Part shown: one piece after another, positions 18,307-28,186 of the stretch
How the letters are laid out: each line of letters begins with the position of its first letter
Position numbering within the stretch: the first letter of the stretch is position 1
DNA from: a virus
Strand: one strand, 5' to 3'
Length of the DNA stretch: 64,000 nt
IMG/VR virus record: IMGVR_UViG_3300014501_000013
Span: 9,806 to 73,805 of that record
Position numbers and translations under genes: made by a program
Notes under the pieces: generated by a model
Told to the model about the DNA's origin: nothing
Database searches by the model: none
What the model saw: the letters and a program-made list of their open reading frames with translations, nothing else

Positions 18307-18360
18307 GTCCACGTCCTAACGAGTTTCTGGTGTTCGCCATTCCAACAGGAGAATCTCATC

Positions 18361-19707
18361 ATGGGACAATCATTGACCGACCTCCTCGATGCGAACATTG
18401 AAAACATTCGCAAAGGGGTATTGCCTCGGATCTACCAGATCGATAAAGACTTCGCGGTGCAAAGGGTTTGCAAAAACACCGAAACACACCGTATCACCAA
18501 AACCATTAACGGCCTCGACTTCCGAGCACCGTTCGAACTGGCACCCCCCGGAAACTTCGGAGCGTTCAACCCCGAAGGCGGACCCTTGGGCTTGGGCGTT
18601 GGGTTCTCAATCAGTGAGTTCTATCAGACCTTTTTCAGCACCCGCATGGCCTTCCAATTGACATGGCAGGCTATCAAGGGAACCGCGACCAGCGAGCAAT
18701 CCGTATTGAACGCCTGGCAGCGCACCATGGAAGAAGGAACTCCCAACATGGCCCGCTATGAGAACGCCTCATGGCACAATCTCGGCGGTGGCGACGGCCA
18801 GTTTGCGGTAGCCACTGCCTACACAGGAGATGGCACGGGAGGCACCTACACACTCGACCCTGACGTTGGTGCCCGCCTCATCATCCCGAACCAGCGCTTT
18901 GAGATCATCAACGGCGCGACCTACAAAACGAGCCCCGTATCTCCGGACAGCCTGCCCTACGTCCTTCCCGGCACCGTGAACTATTCGGCCCGGCAGGTCC
19001 AAATCTCCTGCCCCACCACCCTTACTGCTGGCAACGTCCCCGCGGCCGGCGACGTACTCTACTTTGGTGGTGCGACCCCCTCCGGCACCCCCACCTGGGC
19101 GCAGGGCCTACGCTACGTCAACACCACCGCGACCAGCGGCACCTACCTGGGCGTCAACCGCGCGACCTACCCGGTCGTGAACTCTTCGGTGATCTCCTCA
19201 GGCGGCACGCTCACCCCCCAAATGGTCTTTGCGCTCCGCAACCTGATTCGCGTCAAAACCGGAACCAGCGGAAAACTCCCGGTAATCGGTCTCGCCAGCC
19301 TCCACCAGCTGGCCATCATGAGCCAGACCGTCCAGGCCATGCAGACCTTCTACCGCAGTGCCGTCACTCAAGACCAGATCGATCCCCTGCCGGCCGTTAC
19401 CGTCGAAGGCGGCGTGATCTACGGTGGCCTCACTCACTACGAGGATCTGCTCCAATCCGCCACCCGCATCGACTACTGCGATCCCTCCGACTGGGGCCGC
19501 GTGTATCTCGATGACAAACCAGGCGCCGATTTCTACAAGAATCCGGGGAGTGGGGAGATGTTTTTTCCGCTCTACGCTGCGAACAATGGACCGGCCGCGG
19601 CGGTTTTGTTCTATCTAATATCAACCCTAAATTACTTTAACATTAATCCGGAGAAGTCCGGTTTAATCGTCAACTTAGTGGCGCCGGCAACCGATTATTC
19701 GTACTGA
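18361..19707 (+). CDS. Major capsid protein
   Basis: Position; RBS AGGAG; strong C-ending codon bias; GLRYVN...GTYLGVNRATYP motif typical of P22-like coats. Confidence 0.8.
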   Translation: MGQSLTDLLDANIENIRKGVLPRIYQIDKDFAVQRVCKNTETHRITKTINGLDFRAPFELAPPGNFGAFNPEGGPLGLGVGFSISEFYQTFFSTRMAFQLTWQAIKGTATSEQSVLNAWQRTMEEGTPNMARYENASWHNLGGGDGQFAVATAYTGDGTGGTYTLDPDVGARLIIPNQRFEIINGATYKTSPVSPDSLPYVLPGTVNYSARQVQISCPTTLTAGNVPAAGDVLYFGGATPSGTPTWAQGLRYVNTTATSGTYLGVNRATYPVVNSSVISSGGTLTPQMVFALRNLIRVKTGTSGKLPVIGLASLHQLAIMSQTVQAMQTFYRSAVTQDQIDPLPAVTVEGGVIYGGLTHYEDLLQSATRIDYCDPSDWGRVYLDDKPGADFYKNPGSGEMFFPLYAANNGPAAAVLFYLISTLNYFNINPEKSGLIVNLVAPATDYSY

Positions 19708-19723
19708 GAACAAAACAAAGGAG

Positions 19724-19996
19724 TTATACTCCAGGTTTCTTACAGTTTCGACCAGTGCAAATGTGGGAGATCATGCTTTTTCCGATGGGATAATCCATGG
19801 CGATTATCGCAATGGTCTCCCCATTTGCTCTCCTCCCAAGAATGTCTTCAACGTCCTTTGCCGTGACTTTTGAATTTGGATTCCGCTGTCCATCGAGCAG
19901 CCCTTCCGGACGCGGGATGCCGCGCTTGAACTCCATATTCCTGCCGTGCGTTCCGGCCTCAAGATGGCACGGGTTCCCGTTCGTATTCAATCCCAA
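19724..19996 (-). pseudogene. Truncated HNH homing endonuclease (C-terminal HNH end plus HTH)
   Basis: NPCHLEAGTHGRNM...GQRNPNSKVTAKDVEDI...IAMDYPIGKSMISHICTG; N-terminal half absent. Confidence 0.65.
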
Positions 19997-20208
19997 TGAT
20001 GGACCCAGATAGCTGTCGGCAGGCGGACGAATTAATGCCGCTGCTGTTTCCCATTCTTCGTAGATTCAGCATGGATGCGGCCCTCTGCGTCCTGCTTGCC
20101 CTTGCGGTAAGCGTGGCCAAAACGATGGGGGTGACCAAAAGGCGATTGGCCGAGATTGCGGAAAAAATGTACGACGGTACTGAACCTCCAAATTCCTTTA
20201 TCAACTAA
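19996..20208 (+). CDS. Hypothetical protein
   Basis: Fills the gap in operon orientation. Confidence 0.45.
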   Translation: MMDPDSCRQADELMPLLFPILRRFSMDAALCVLLALAVSVAKTMGVTKRRLAEIAEKMYDGTEPPNSFIN

Positions 20209-20213
20209 CCCAC

Positions 20214-20861
20214 ATGACCACCATCGAACTGACCCGCTTGAACCGCATTTTCGGCGACAAGTTGGGACTGATACCGACCGGCTTCCCGCAGTCAGGGGAG
20301 CCGGCCTTCCAATACAAGCGTGTGGGCGAGTTGACCTACCCAGCGCCTTACGACACCGAGATCCGCGAAAGTCCTGGCGGGCTCTCTTACGCGCAGCTTG
20401 TCTACCGCATGGAGCCGCAGTTGCCGGGCGATGATCCGCACGGCTGGGTAATCGCGAAGTGGCTGGAGCCTGGCTATTCGCCGCCTGACGTGACCGGCGC
20501 GTTCGGGGAAATGGGCGAGCCGATCATCCTGAGTCCGTCCGACTGGGAGCGGCGCTTCGGTAAGGACATGGGCTATCCCTCCGGCGGCTGGTGGCTCGCG
20601 ATTCAGCCGCTGCGCCCCGGCTACGAGCCGGACGAGAAGTGGACGCGCTGGGCCGCAGACAATCTGCATATCCAGCGGTCGCTATCGCTTCGGGACACCT
20701 TCCGCATGATAATGGCGCGCAACGAAAAGAAAGAGGCGAGCAGGGACCGTGAGATTAGCGCCATGACCAGAGACTGTTTTGTGAACCACGTTCCAGGCGC
20801 TAGGGGTGGTTCGTACATCGCATTTTCAGAAACACCAGAGAAAAAGGAAAGGTATTCATGA
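20214..20861 (+). CDS. Conserved-type phage hypothetical protein
   Basis: WVIAKW...W...FG....YPSGG; typical post-capsid position. Confidence 0.7.
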   Translation: MTTIELTRLNRIFGDKLGLIPTGFPQSGEPAFQYKRVGELTYPAPYDTEIRESPGGLSYAQLVYRMEPQLPGDDPHGWVIAKWLEPGYSPPDVTGAFGEMGEPIILSPSDWERRFGKDMGYPSGGWWLAIQPLRPGYEPDEKWTRWAADNLHIQRSLSLRDTFRMIMARNEKKEASRDREISAMTRDCFVNHVPGARGGSYIAFSETPEKKERYS

Positions 20862-21100
20862 CCGATCAGCAAATAGAAAACACATTCAGCTACCACGCGC
20901 CATTCGGCGATCAAGCACAGCGCTACGTGCAGATTCGGACCGCGGCTAAAACTCTGGCACTCGTGATCCAAAACGCTTGTCCCGAATCACGCGAGAAAAG
21001 CGTGGCGCTTACTAATCTTCAGCAAACCGTTATGTGGGCGAACTCCAGCATTGCCATTACGGAAGTGCCGCCGCCCACCCAGCCCGTACCCAAGAACTAA
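20858..21100 (+). CDS. Acb2/Tad1-hairpin-like protein (candidate nucleotide-signal sponge)
   Basis: IENTFSYHAP...RY..IR...K.LA..I...CP.SREKSVALTNLQQTVMWANSSIA resembles the Tad1 SRENACALTHVEEALMW helix. Confidence 0.65.
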   Translation: MTDQQIENTFSYHAPFGDQAQRYVQIRTAAKTLALVIQNACPESREKSVALTNLQQTVMWANSSIAITEVPPPTQPVPKN

Positions 21101-21108
21101 GGAGACAC

Positions 21109-21909
21109 ATGACACCGCATATGCGACCACCCGCCCCGGCGGATAACGAAGAGGATCAGGGCATAGTTGCCCAAACTCTCGTTGCCTACGGCCAGCGCGT
21201 CCCTGTTTGCAGTTTACACTTCAAGCCGCTCAAAGAAGAGCGCCCGTTCCGCACCACGCTCAAGGAAGGCTACCGGCATGTCTACTACATGTCTGGAGTC
21301 GAGTCGATTGACGATCACCCGATTGTGCTGATGGTGACGGACGCCTACGACAAGGTTTTCGTGAGGACCAATATTATGGGTCAGCGCGAATACACCGACA
21401 GGCCCACCATGGCCAAGGAGATCGCTGACGATATCGTTCACGTTGGCTCGATGGCGTCCAAGAATAGCGGCCCCGACGATGTTTCGCTTCCGGCGTTCTG
21501 GATCTCGAAGGTACCGGAGGACCGCATTCCCAAGGGCAAGCAATGGCAACTATGGAAGGAACCCAAGGAGTTCGCGAAGACATTTCCTGAGTTTCACGCC
21601 GAGGCGGTTGCTTACAAGCGGCGCGAGCACCGCTGGTGCCAGTTGCGCGTAACGAATGCCGACGCGAATCATGCCAAAAAGTTGCCTCACGAGATTTCAT
21701 CGCTCGATCGCGACTGCGCGAACTTCATTGGAGCGAATCTCGCGGAGCATCCCTGGATTGAGTTCTCAACCTTCGGGAAGCTTGCGCAGTGCCCGTTCTG
21801 CAAGGCGCCTGTGGACGTGGAGGCATCAATCTGTCAGAGTTGCGCTCGCGTCATTAACCCGGCGCTTCTCGCGCGAACCGAAGCTGGACTTGTAGCACCC
21901 GCAAAATAA
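21109..21909 (+). CDS. Hypothetical protein with C-terminal zinc ribbon
   Basis: CPFC..V...A.ICQSC; RBS AAGGAG. Confidence 0.7.
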   Translation: MTPHMRPPAPADNEEDQGIVAQTLVAYGQRVPVCSLHFKPLKEERPFRTTLKEGYRHVYYMSGVESIDDHPIVLMVTDAYDKVFVRTNIMGQREYTDRPTMAKEIADDIVHVGSMASKNSGPDDVSLPAFWISKVPEDRIPKGKQWQLWKEPKEFAKTFPEFHAEAVAYKRREHRWCQLRVTNADANHAKKLPHEISSLDRDCANFIGANLAEHPWIEFSTFGKLAQCPFCKAPVDVEASICQSCARVINPALLARTEAGLVAPAK

Positions 21910-22848
21910 ATGGCCGATTGTACCGTAGCAGATGTATTGACCTCCGCAGAGTCCATGCTAGGGGATGCCGATGGGGAGATCACACAGGAGATCGTTGACG
22001 ATTTCCAGACCGCGTATTCTGAGTTGACGGATGCGGCTCTAAAGATCGCGGTGCCAGAGATCACGCGGGAAGTATACTTCACGCTTCCCGCGAACACCGC
22101 CGTTCTATTTCCGGTTCAGTTGGGCGTTACCGACTTCGCGGAGCCTTCTCAGATTTACGAGCGCGGCAATGTGCAAGCGGTTAACATCGTCTCGATCACG
22201 GACGGTACGCCGCTCTCGGTTGTAACCTCCGGGGCCCCAAGTCCGGTGAACGGCAGGGTAGAGATCAGCGGCGCTGCCGGTCCCCAACCGCTTCCTGGCT
22301 GGGTGAACCGTGACTGGTTCATCACGCCAACTGGCCCGAACACATTCACACTCAACGGCTCAATCACTACGGGCCTAGGGGGGGTGATCGCAAACACGGG
22401 GACGGTGAACTGGTCCTCAGATGGCTTCGTAAAAATGAATCAACTCGATGTGCAGCCGCCAGCGGCTCCTCCTGCACTTCAGAATCTTGGGGCGTGGCGC
22501 TGGGCGGATCGGTTCATTTACTTCCCGAACGGCTCAAATCAGCCGCGCCAGTTATGGATTGAATATCTCGCGGATGCGACCCCGCCGGCCTCCGGAATCA
22601 TCGGACTCTTCAATGGCCGCGAGCTCAAGTTCCTGGCGCAGGCTACCGGGGCGCACTTCGGGCCCAAGCGTCAACTTCCCATGGGACCGCAATTGGCCGC
22701 GTGGGCCTACGGACCTTCAGGGCAAGCCGATATGACGGGCGGCTCCCTGCGCGAACTCCTTCTGCCGGTATTAAAGCAGAAAAATGCACTAACGCGCCGC
22801 TCCGGTCTCTACCGGATGCGTCGTGGATTTGTGTCAATCATAACCTAG
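21910..22848 (+). CDS. Head-tail adaptor protein with inserted FCCH-like beta domain
   Basis: TVADVL..A..MLGD N-terminus; SIT..TP..V...VEISG...IT.TG.NTFTLNGS insert. Confidence 0.6.
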   Translation: MADCTVADVLTSAESMLGDADGEITQEIVDDFQTAYSELTDAALKIAVPEITREVYFTLPANTAVLFPVQLGVTDFAEPSQIYERGNVQAVNIVSITDGTPLSVVTSGAPSPVNGRVEISGAAGPQPLPGWVNRDWFITPTGPNTFTLNGSITTGLGGVIANTGTVNWSSDGFVKMNQLDVQPPAAPPALQNLGAWRWADRFIYFPNGSNQPRQLWIEYLADATPPASGIIGLFNGRELKFLAQATGAHFGPKRQLPMGPQLAAWAYGPSGQADMTGGSLRELLLPVLKQKNALTRRSGLYRMRRGFVSIIT

Positions 22849-22900
22849 TCAACCATGTCGCCTTCGCGCGACGTTCTTCTGAAAGGAACAGTAAACCTAC

Positions 22901-24283
22901 ATGTCAATTCCACAGAATATTAAAGCAGCGCAAGATGCTCCCTTTCTTAAGCGCGAGTGGAGCGGCAAGGAAGTGGATTTAATCGACTCCGCAGCCGGTG
23001 TCGGCTTTTCATACTCCGAGCAAGATCCGACAGGGCTCATCGAGCGCCTTCTGCTCGAACAGGACTCAGACGATCAGCTTCGACTCGGAGATGCGATTGT
23101 CAATCCGACTCGCCAGCAACTCATCTTCCACGTCTATCCGAACGCGAGTCTGGTATCTCAAACCTTTTTCGTTAACCCGACGCCGCGGCAGTTGGTGATC
23201 AACGTGGCGGCTGAGGTCCACACGACCGCCGGAACAGGGACAACCGCAACCGCAACAGTCACCCATGAGACCATTCCGCCGAGCGGGACGCTTCAGCAGG
23301 CGGCTGGCACAGGCAAAGCTGTAATTACGGCACCATTCAACCTTAAAGGGACCGCCGAAACGGTTCAGAATGGGGCACTCGCGGCCGCCTTCCAAAAGCA
23401 GACTCGCAACAACAGCGTTTATATCGCTACTCCGCAAGCGGGCCTAATCGTTCTCCAACCGGGAGACAGCCTTAGCGTTTTGTTTGCGGGGACACTCACC
23501 ACTCTCGTGGGCGTGACCATCACTATCACGGTTGAACCAGGTTCGAAGTATGAGTTCGTTTCTTTCTATGCCGGGACCGCGGGAACCGCCGTTACCACGT
23601 CGCTGATAACTTCACTGCGGCCGCGTACGCTACTCTATGGCGCCGCTCTCTGGCAGGCTAAGGAAGCTACAGCGGCTACACTAACGCTCGACGTCACCAA
23701 GGATGCTTCGGCAACCGCGCCTGGTGCCGGAACATCCATGCTGTCCGCAACGGTGAACCTCAAGGGCACTGCGTTGACCTATACGCAGCTTGCGCTTTCC
23801 GCTACCGTGGCAACGCTTAGCACTCTGTCGAGCGATTCTGTCGCGGCCAAAATTTCGGCTTCTACAACGGAACTCGCGGGCCTCTGCATGACGCTGGCCT
23901 TTGACGGGAAGATGGGCGAAGTATCAATCAACTACAACGCCTTCAACTCGACCGTTGGAACGGACGAGGAAATCTTCATCGCTGACCGCGATTATGAGGT
24001 TTCGGACTTTGCCGCGAAGTGGCCCACGGCTGGTACCGGCGACGTTCTGGTGACCAAGGAAATTGGAACTCAGACACCTGGGACCGGTGGCGTCGGCCTC
24101 CAGACCGACAACTCCAACGCAGGGTTCCTCACTTCCGGGAGCATCAACGTGCCAGTCTTCGCTGCCCTCGTAGCGCTTAATCTGCGTTTTATACCGAAGG
24201 GTACTCGCATCGGCCTGCACTATTCGGGAACGCTCGGCTCTTTGGCCGGATTCCAGATGTCGATGCGTCTCAAAGCTGCCTAA
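22901..24283 (+). CDS. Virion structural protein with three tandem beta domains
   Basis: Repeated VT(K/H)E....GTG...NLKGTA....L..GD...GTL..L.G units; no signal peptide. Confidence 0.6.
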   Translation: MSIPQNIKAAQDAPFLKREWSGKEVDLIDSAAGVGFSYSEQDPTGLIERLLLEQDSDDQLRLGDAIVNPTRQQLIFHVYPNASLVSQTFFVNPTPRQLVINVAAEVHTTAGTGTTATATVTHETIPPSGTLQQAAGTGKAVITAPFNLKGTAETVQNGALAAAFQKQTRNNSVYIATPQAGLIVLQPGDSLSVLFAGTLTTLVGVTITITVEPGSKYEFVSFYAGTAGTAVTTSLITSLRPRTLLYGAALWQAKEATAATLTLDVTKDASATAPGAGTSMLSATVNLKGTALTYTQLALSATVATLSTLSSDSVAAKISASTTELAGLCMTLAFDGKMGEVSINYNAFNSTVGTDEEIFIADRDYEVSDFAAKWPTAGTGDVLVTKEIGTQTPGTGGVGLQTDNSNAGFLTSGSINVPVFAALVALNLRFIPKGTRIGLHYSGTLGSLAGFQMSMRLKAA

Positions 24284-26266
24284 ATGGGTACCTGTATCGT
24301 TCCAGTTCAACCGTGGGAGGAAACCGTTATCAGCGGTTTCCTCGGTCCGTGGGCTCGACCGGAGGTTACCGACCTTCCGCCGAACCGTGGCTTGCTCGCA
24401 CTCAACACCGAGTACTACAGTCTGGAACCTGGAACGCGCGCAGGCTTCGGCCCGTTGGTCAATACCAATAAAATCATCACATCGCTTTTCAACTGGATCA
24501 AGGCAGCAGACGACGTTTCACCCGTTGGCAACTATCTGCTGCTTTACAACGCCACTGACGGAGAGGTCGAGTTCATCGTGAACATGGCCTCTCCGTTTTT
24601 CACTATTCTTTTCGCTGTCACTTGCGATTCAATCGACGCTTGTTCGAACGGTAATCAACTTTTCGTCGCCTCGATCAATGTCTCGGCGCAATCCACGCCG
24701 GTAGGGGCCGCGCAGGTTCGCATCGTCGGCATCTACGGCGCGGCTATCAATACCGACATCGGCTTCCTTGGACCACTGACCACAAAGCCCACGCTCTCAA
24801 ATACAGGCAGTGGTAGCGTGACGGCGGGCTCTCATTTTGTAGGCTACGTTATCACCACGCGCAACGGCTTCACTGGGCTAATCTCTCCTGTAGTGAGCGG
24901 AACATCGACGCCCGATCAGACCTCGGCGATAACAGCGCCTGGAGCCCAGACGATTCAGGTCTCGTTAACAGCGACGTGGCCGGCGGAAGCTAATTTGGTT
25001 CAATTCGTGATGACCGCTACCACCAACCCCTTTCAGTACTTCACCATTCCGGGTGCTCTCTATGCGGTTCCTGGCGGCGCGTCGTTCACAGTAAATGCCA
25101 ACATCAACATCTCAGACCAGCAACTGATCGCCAACACCAACGATGTCACGAACAATCAGTTCTTTCTGACGCAGAACTCGCTCGGTGCGGGGCCGTTTAA
25201 TCCCTTCAAGGTGGTCATATACGGGTCACGGTCAATGTACCTGACCTACGATACCGAGAGCACGTTTGCAATCTACGGGTCCGAGCCAAACAATGCGCAG
25301 CAACTTACGGAGCAGTTTCACGAGTTGCGGCTTCCCGGCTTTCAGATGGGTTGCTCGGCGTTCAGTCTCGGCGGGATCTTCTACGTCGTTGGACCCAACT
25401 GGACGTACAGCTTCCAGGACAACGGGCAGCAACCGGTAGCGTGGCCCACTCCGACCTTGATTGATGGTCGAATTGGGTCCGCTTGTGTTGAGGGCGTCAC
25501 TGTCACGGCTTCCGGCAACTGGGCCGCCGTGGTCCACACCTCGGGACTGTACGTGATGTCCGGTTACTATCAGGACAAGCCAATCTCGTATTACAACGAC
25601 CCGGAGTGGCGGCGCATCAACTGGGCGGCACAACAGACCATCCGTATCGTTGACAATCACGACAAGAAGGTGTTGGCGCTCGCCGTTCCGCTCGACGATT
25701 CCACCGTTCCGAATTACATCATGACGTGGGACTATTCGCAGAGTCAGGGCGGCACGCCGGATTACGCGAGCGTCAGCTACTCGCTGTGGAATCTGAGCGG
25801 CTACAATCCGCGTGCAATGTGCCTGTATCAGAATTACACCACCACACGGTTGGAGTTTCTGTTAGGGCCGTCGATCGCGAACTACCTACTACGGCAGATG
25901 AACACCACCGACGATGCCAATCCTTGGACGGACAACGGCGCGGCCATCAATTGGCAGTATCAGACCGCGCCCCAACCGCAAGGTTCTCTTGGCGTGGTGA
26001 ACGCCTATCCGGGGGCCTATGTGCGAGCCCGTGGGATGGGCGCTGCGAATCTCGGTGTAACGAGCGATACGTTGGATAACGCGGCATCGGTCAAGTGGTC
26101 CAAGCCGATTATTCTTTCGCCGGCTCCGGGCGTTGAATACTGGCGTCAGTTTTATGTGAGAAGCGAGCAGATGTCGATGCTGTTTCAGGCCGGAACTAAT
26201 GCGGGAGACTGGGCGATCCTTGCAGGCATTCGGCTGAAGTATTACCAATGGGCAGCGCGTCGGTAG
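24284..26266 (+). CDS. Tail nozzle / stabilisation protein (P22 gp10-like, putative)
   Basis: Size, beta-rich content, position after adaptor. Confidence 0.55.
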   Translation: MGTCIVPVQPWEETVISGFLGPWARPEVTDLPPNRGLLALNTEYYSLEPGTRAGFGPLVNTNKIITSLFNWIKAADDVSPVGNYLLLYNATDGEVEFIVNMASPFFTILFAVTCDSIDACSNGNQLFVASINVSAQSTPVGAAQVRIVGIYGAAINTDIGFLGPLTTKPTLSNTGSGSVTAGSHFVGYVITTRNGFTGLISPVVSGTSTPDQTSAITAPGAQTIQVSLTATWPAEANLVQFVMTATTNPFQYFTIPGALYAVPGGASFTVNANINISDQQLIANTNDVTNNQFFLTQNSLGAGPFNPFKVVIYGSRSMYLTYDTESTFAIYGSEPNNAQQLTEQFHELRLPGFQMGCSAFSLGGIFYVVGPNWTYSFQDNGQQPVAWPTPTLIDGRIGSACVEGVTVTASGNWAAVVHTSGLYVMSGYYQDKPISYYNDPEWRRINWAAQQTIRIVDNHDKKVLALAVPLDDSTVPNYIMTWDYSQSQGGTPDYASVSYSLWNLSGYNPRAMCLYQNYTTTRLEFLLGPSIANYLLRQMNTTDDANPWTDNGAAINWQYQTAPQPQGSLGVVNAYPGAYVRARGMGAANLGVTSDTLDNAASVKWSKPIILSPAPGVEYWRQFYVRSEQMSMLFQAGTNAGDWAILAGIRLKYYQWAARR

Positions 26267-26775
26267 ACCTCACTGGCCTTCCGGGGATCGGCCAGCTCAC
26301 GAACTCGATTCGCGTTGGGCCATCGCAGCAGAACTCTTCACAGATATGGCTACAAAGCGCGCAGGCTCTCGACACGCTGGATCAGAACTTCCAGAGCGTT
26401 GCGGGCGTGGTCACCGATTTACAGGCGAGCGTCAGTGCGCCAGTGGCCACCTCGTCGCTTTATTACGACAACGGTTCCGGGGCTTCATTTACTCCCAACT
26501 TCGCTCAAGGCACGACGCAGGTATGCACACTGACCGGCAACGCCACGATAAACCCCTCGGCGGGAGCCAAAGCGGGGCAGGAAGTGATTATGATTCTGGT
26601 GCAGGATGCGACCGGCGGCTGGCAGGTCGCCAGCTGGGACGCGAGCTATTACTTCGCGGGCGAGTTCGATCTCGACCCGACGCCGAGCACAGCGACAGTA
26701 TTCCGGTTTGTTCCAAATCAGGCGGGGAACCTGATCCAAAGTGGGCCACCCGTCACAGGGATTGCATTTCCATGA
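26248..26775 (+). CDS. Tail-fibre-associated protein
   Basis: Short coiled coil, then TLTGN.TI...AGQ...ILVQDATGG..V.W...Y.F fibre-tip-type domain; no signal peptide. Confidence 0.6.
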   Translation: MGSASVDLTGLPGIGQLTNSIRVGPSQQNSSQIWLQSAQALDTLDQNFQSVAGVVTDLQASVSAPVATSSLYYDNGSGASFTPNFAQGTTQVCTLTGNATINPSAGAKAGQEVIMILVQDATGGWQVASWDASYYFAGEFDLDPTPSTATVFRFVPNQAGNLIQSGPPVTGIAFP

Positions 26776-28037
26776 TTAAAACTCTACTTTTGTCCTCCCT
26801 TGTTCTCTGCGGTTGCCTTCATGGGCAATATCGCGTCACAGTGGCCGGGTCCGGCAACAAGCAGGCGTTCATCGCCGAGAATCCATCATCGGGCGTGAAC
26901 GGTTCCTGTTACGACCTGCGCACGGTAGACCCTGGTACTGGCATTCTTCACGATGCTGGCCAGATGTGCGGTCTTTTTTACGCTACTGGCTACGCGAATG
27001 CTGGCGTCACCATTGAGACCGTCACCGGCGATAGCGTTTTTCAGCCCAACACCACCTTCCGAGGTCCCGGCATGATTGTTGGCGCGACCGGGCCATCGAG
27101 CTATATCCCCACCGCTGGGCCTTATGCGGCGGTTATCTCGCCGAGCAATCCAGCGTATCTTGTCGTGGAAGGCACCACTGGTGCTGCGGCGATCATTTTG
27201 AGAGATGGCGTCGGGCCGACCAATTCTAAAATGTGGGACTTCATTGCGGACGCTGGTGGCAACCTGCACTTCAGGGCCGTCAACGATATTTACGGCGCGG
27301 CGCAGGACTTTCTCACAATCTCCAGGTCGGGACTGACCATCAACTCGGCGACGTTCAATGAGTCTCTGCTATTTGGCGGCGACAATTCCTACAACGTAGG
27401 ATCAAGCACGAGTGCGGCGGTGAACGTGTACACCGCTGGAGTACAGCTTGGGCGTGGAAACGCGCGGCAGGGCAGCGCTACGTTCTTCAATCCCCTGAAT
27501 GGCAATTCGTTCGTCATGGCTGGAACCAACGTGGCAACCGGCGGCGGGGATCTCGTGGTCGGCAATCTCTTTGGGAGCGGCGCAATCTACCCAATAAACT
27601 CGTCCACCAACCTCGGCTATGCTTCAGGGCCGTTCGCAAATGCCTTCGTCACCAACCTCACCATCTATGGCACATGTACGGGGTGCAGCGGCGCGGCTGG
27701 CGCGAACACGGCGCTGTCGAACTTGGCGTCCACGGCCATCAATACCACGCTGAACACAACAAGCGACATCTATGTAAAGACGGCGAATGTCCACGTTCAG
27801 ACTTCGGGCGGTGTGGACCTAATCGAACTTCAGTACTCGACGGGGACCGCAGGTGCGCTTCTGTTCAATAACTCCTCCGGCACCAATCTTGTGCAGTTCA
27901 ATCAGTTCGGTGTGGACGTGGCGAACGGAGCGACCTACAACTACGGCGGACTGACTGGAGAAACGCATACTGTCACCACGGGAACTTGCACGATGAATTT
28001 CTCGGGCGGCATTCTCACGAGCACTTCAGGGTGTTAG
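26772..28037 (+). CDS. Signal-peptide-bearing fibre-like protein
   Basis: MIKTLLLSSLVLCGCLHG-Q; GANTALSNLAS fibre motif; 6 Cys in the mature part; ATGA-coupled. Confidence 0.7.
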   Translation: MIKTLLLSSLVLCGCLHGQYRVTVAGSGNKQAFIAENPSSGVNGSCYDLRTVDPGTGILHDAGQMCGLFYATGYANAGVTIETVTGDSVFQPNTTFRGPGMIVGATGPSSYIPTAGPYAAVISPSNPAYLVVEGTTGAAAIILRDGVGPTNSKMWDFIADAGGNLHFRAVNDIYGAAQDFLTISRSGLTINSATFNESLLFGGDNSYNVGSSTSAAVNVYTAGVQLGRGNARQGSATFFNPLNGNSFVMAGTNVATGGGDLVVGNLFGSGAIYPINSSTNLGYASGPFANAFVTNLTIYGTCTGCSGAAGANTALSNLASTAINTTLNTTSDIYVKTANVHVQTSGGVDLIELQYSTGTAGALLFNNSSGTNLVQFNQFGVDVANGATYNYGGLTGETHTVTTGTCTMNFSGGILTSTSGC

Positions 28038-28186
28038 CTATTTTCTCAAAAGCTTCCGCTGCTGTTCCCGCCCACTGTTCTGGCGTCATCTCTACGCGAA
28101 GAACTTCGGTTTTAATGAATTGGCCTGCCGTTATGCGGGACGAACGGCTCTCGTAGATCACATTGCCAGCTTCAGGATTGTCTTCA

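Noticed and set aside
26346-26771. N-terminal extension or frameshift fusion for the 26772 protein
   Set aside because: Overlaps the real 26248 gene; ATGA coupling and signal peptide support the 26772 start; no slippery site seen
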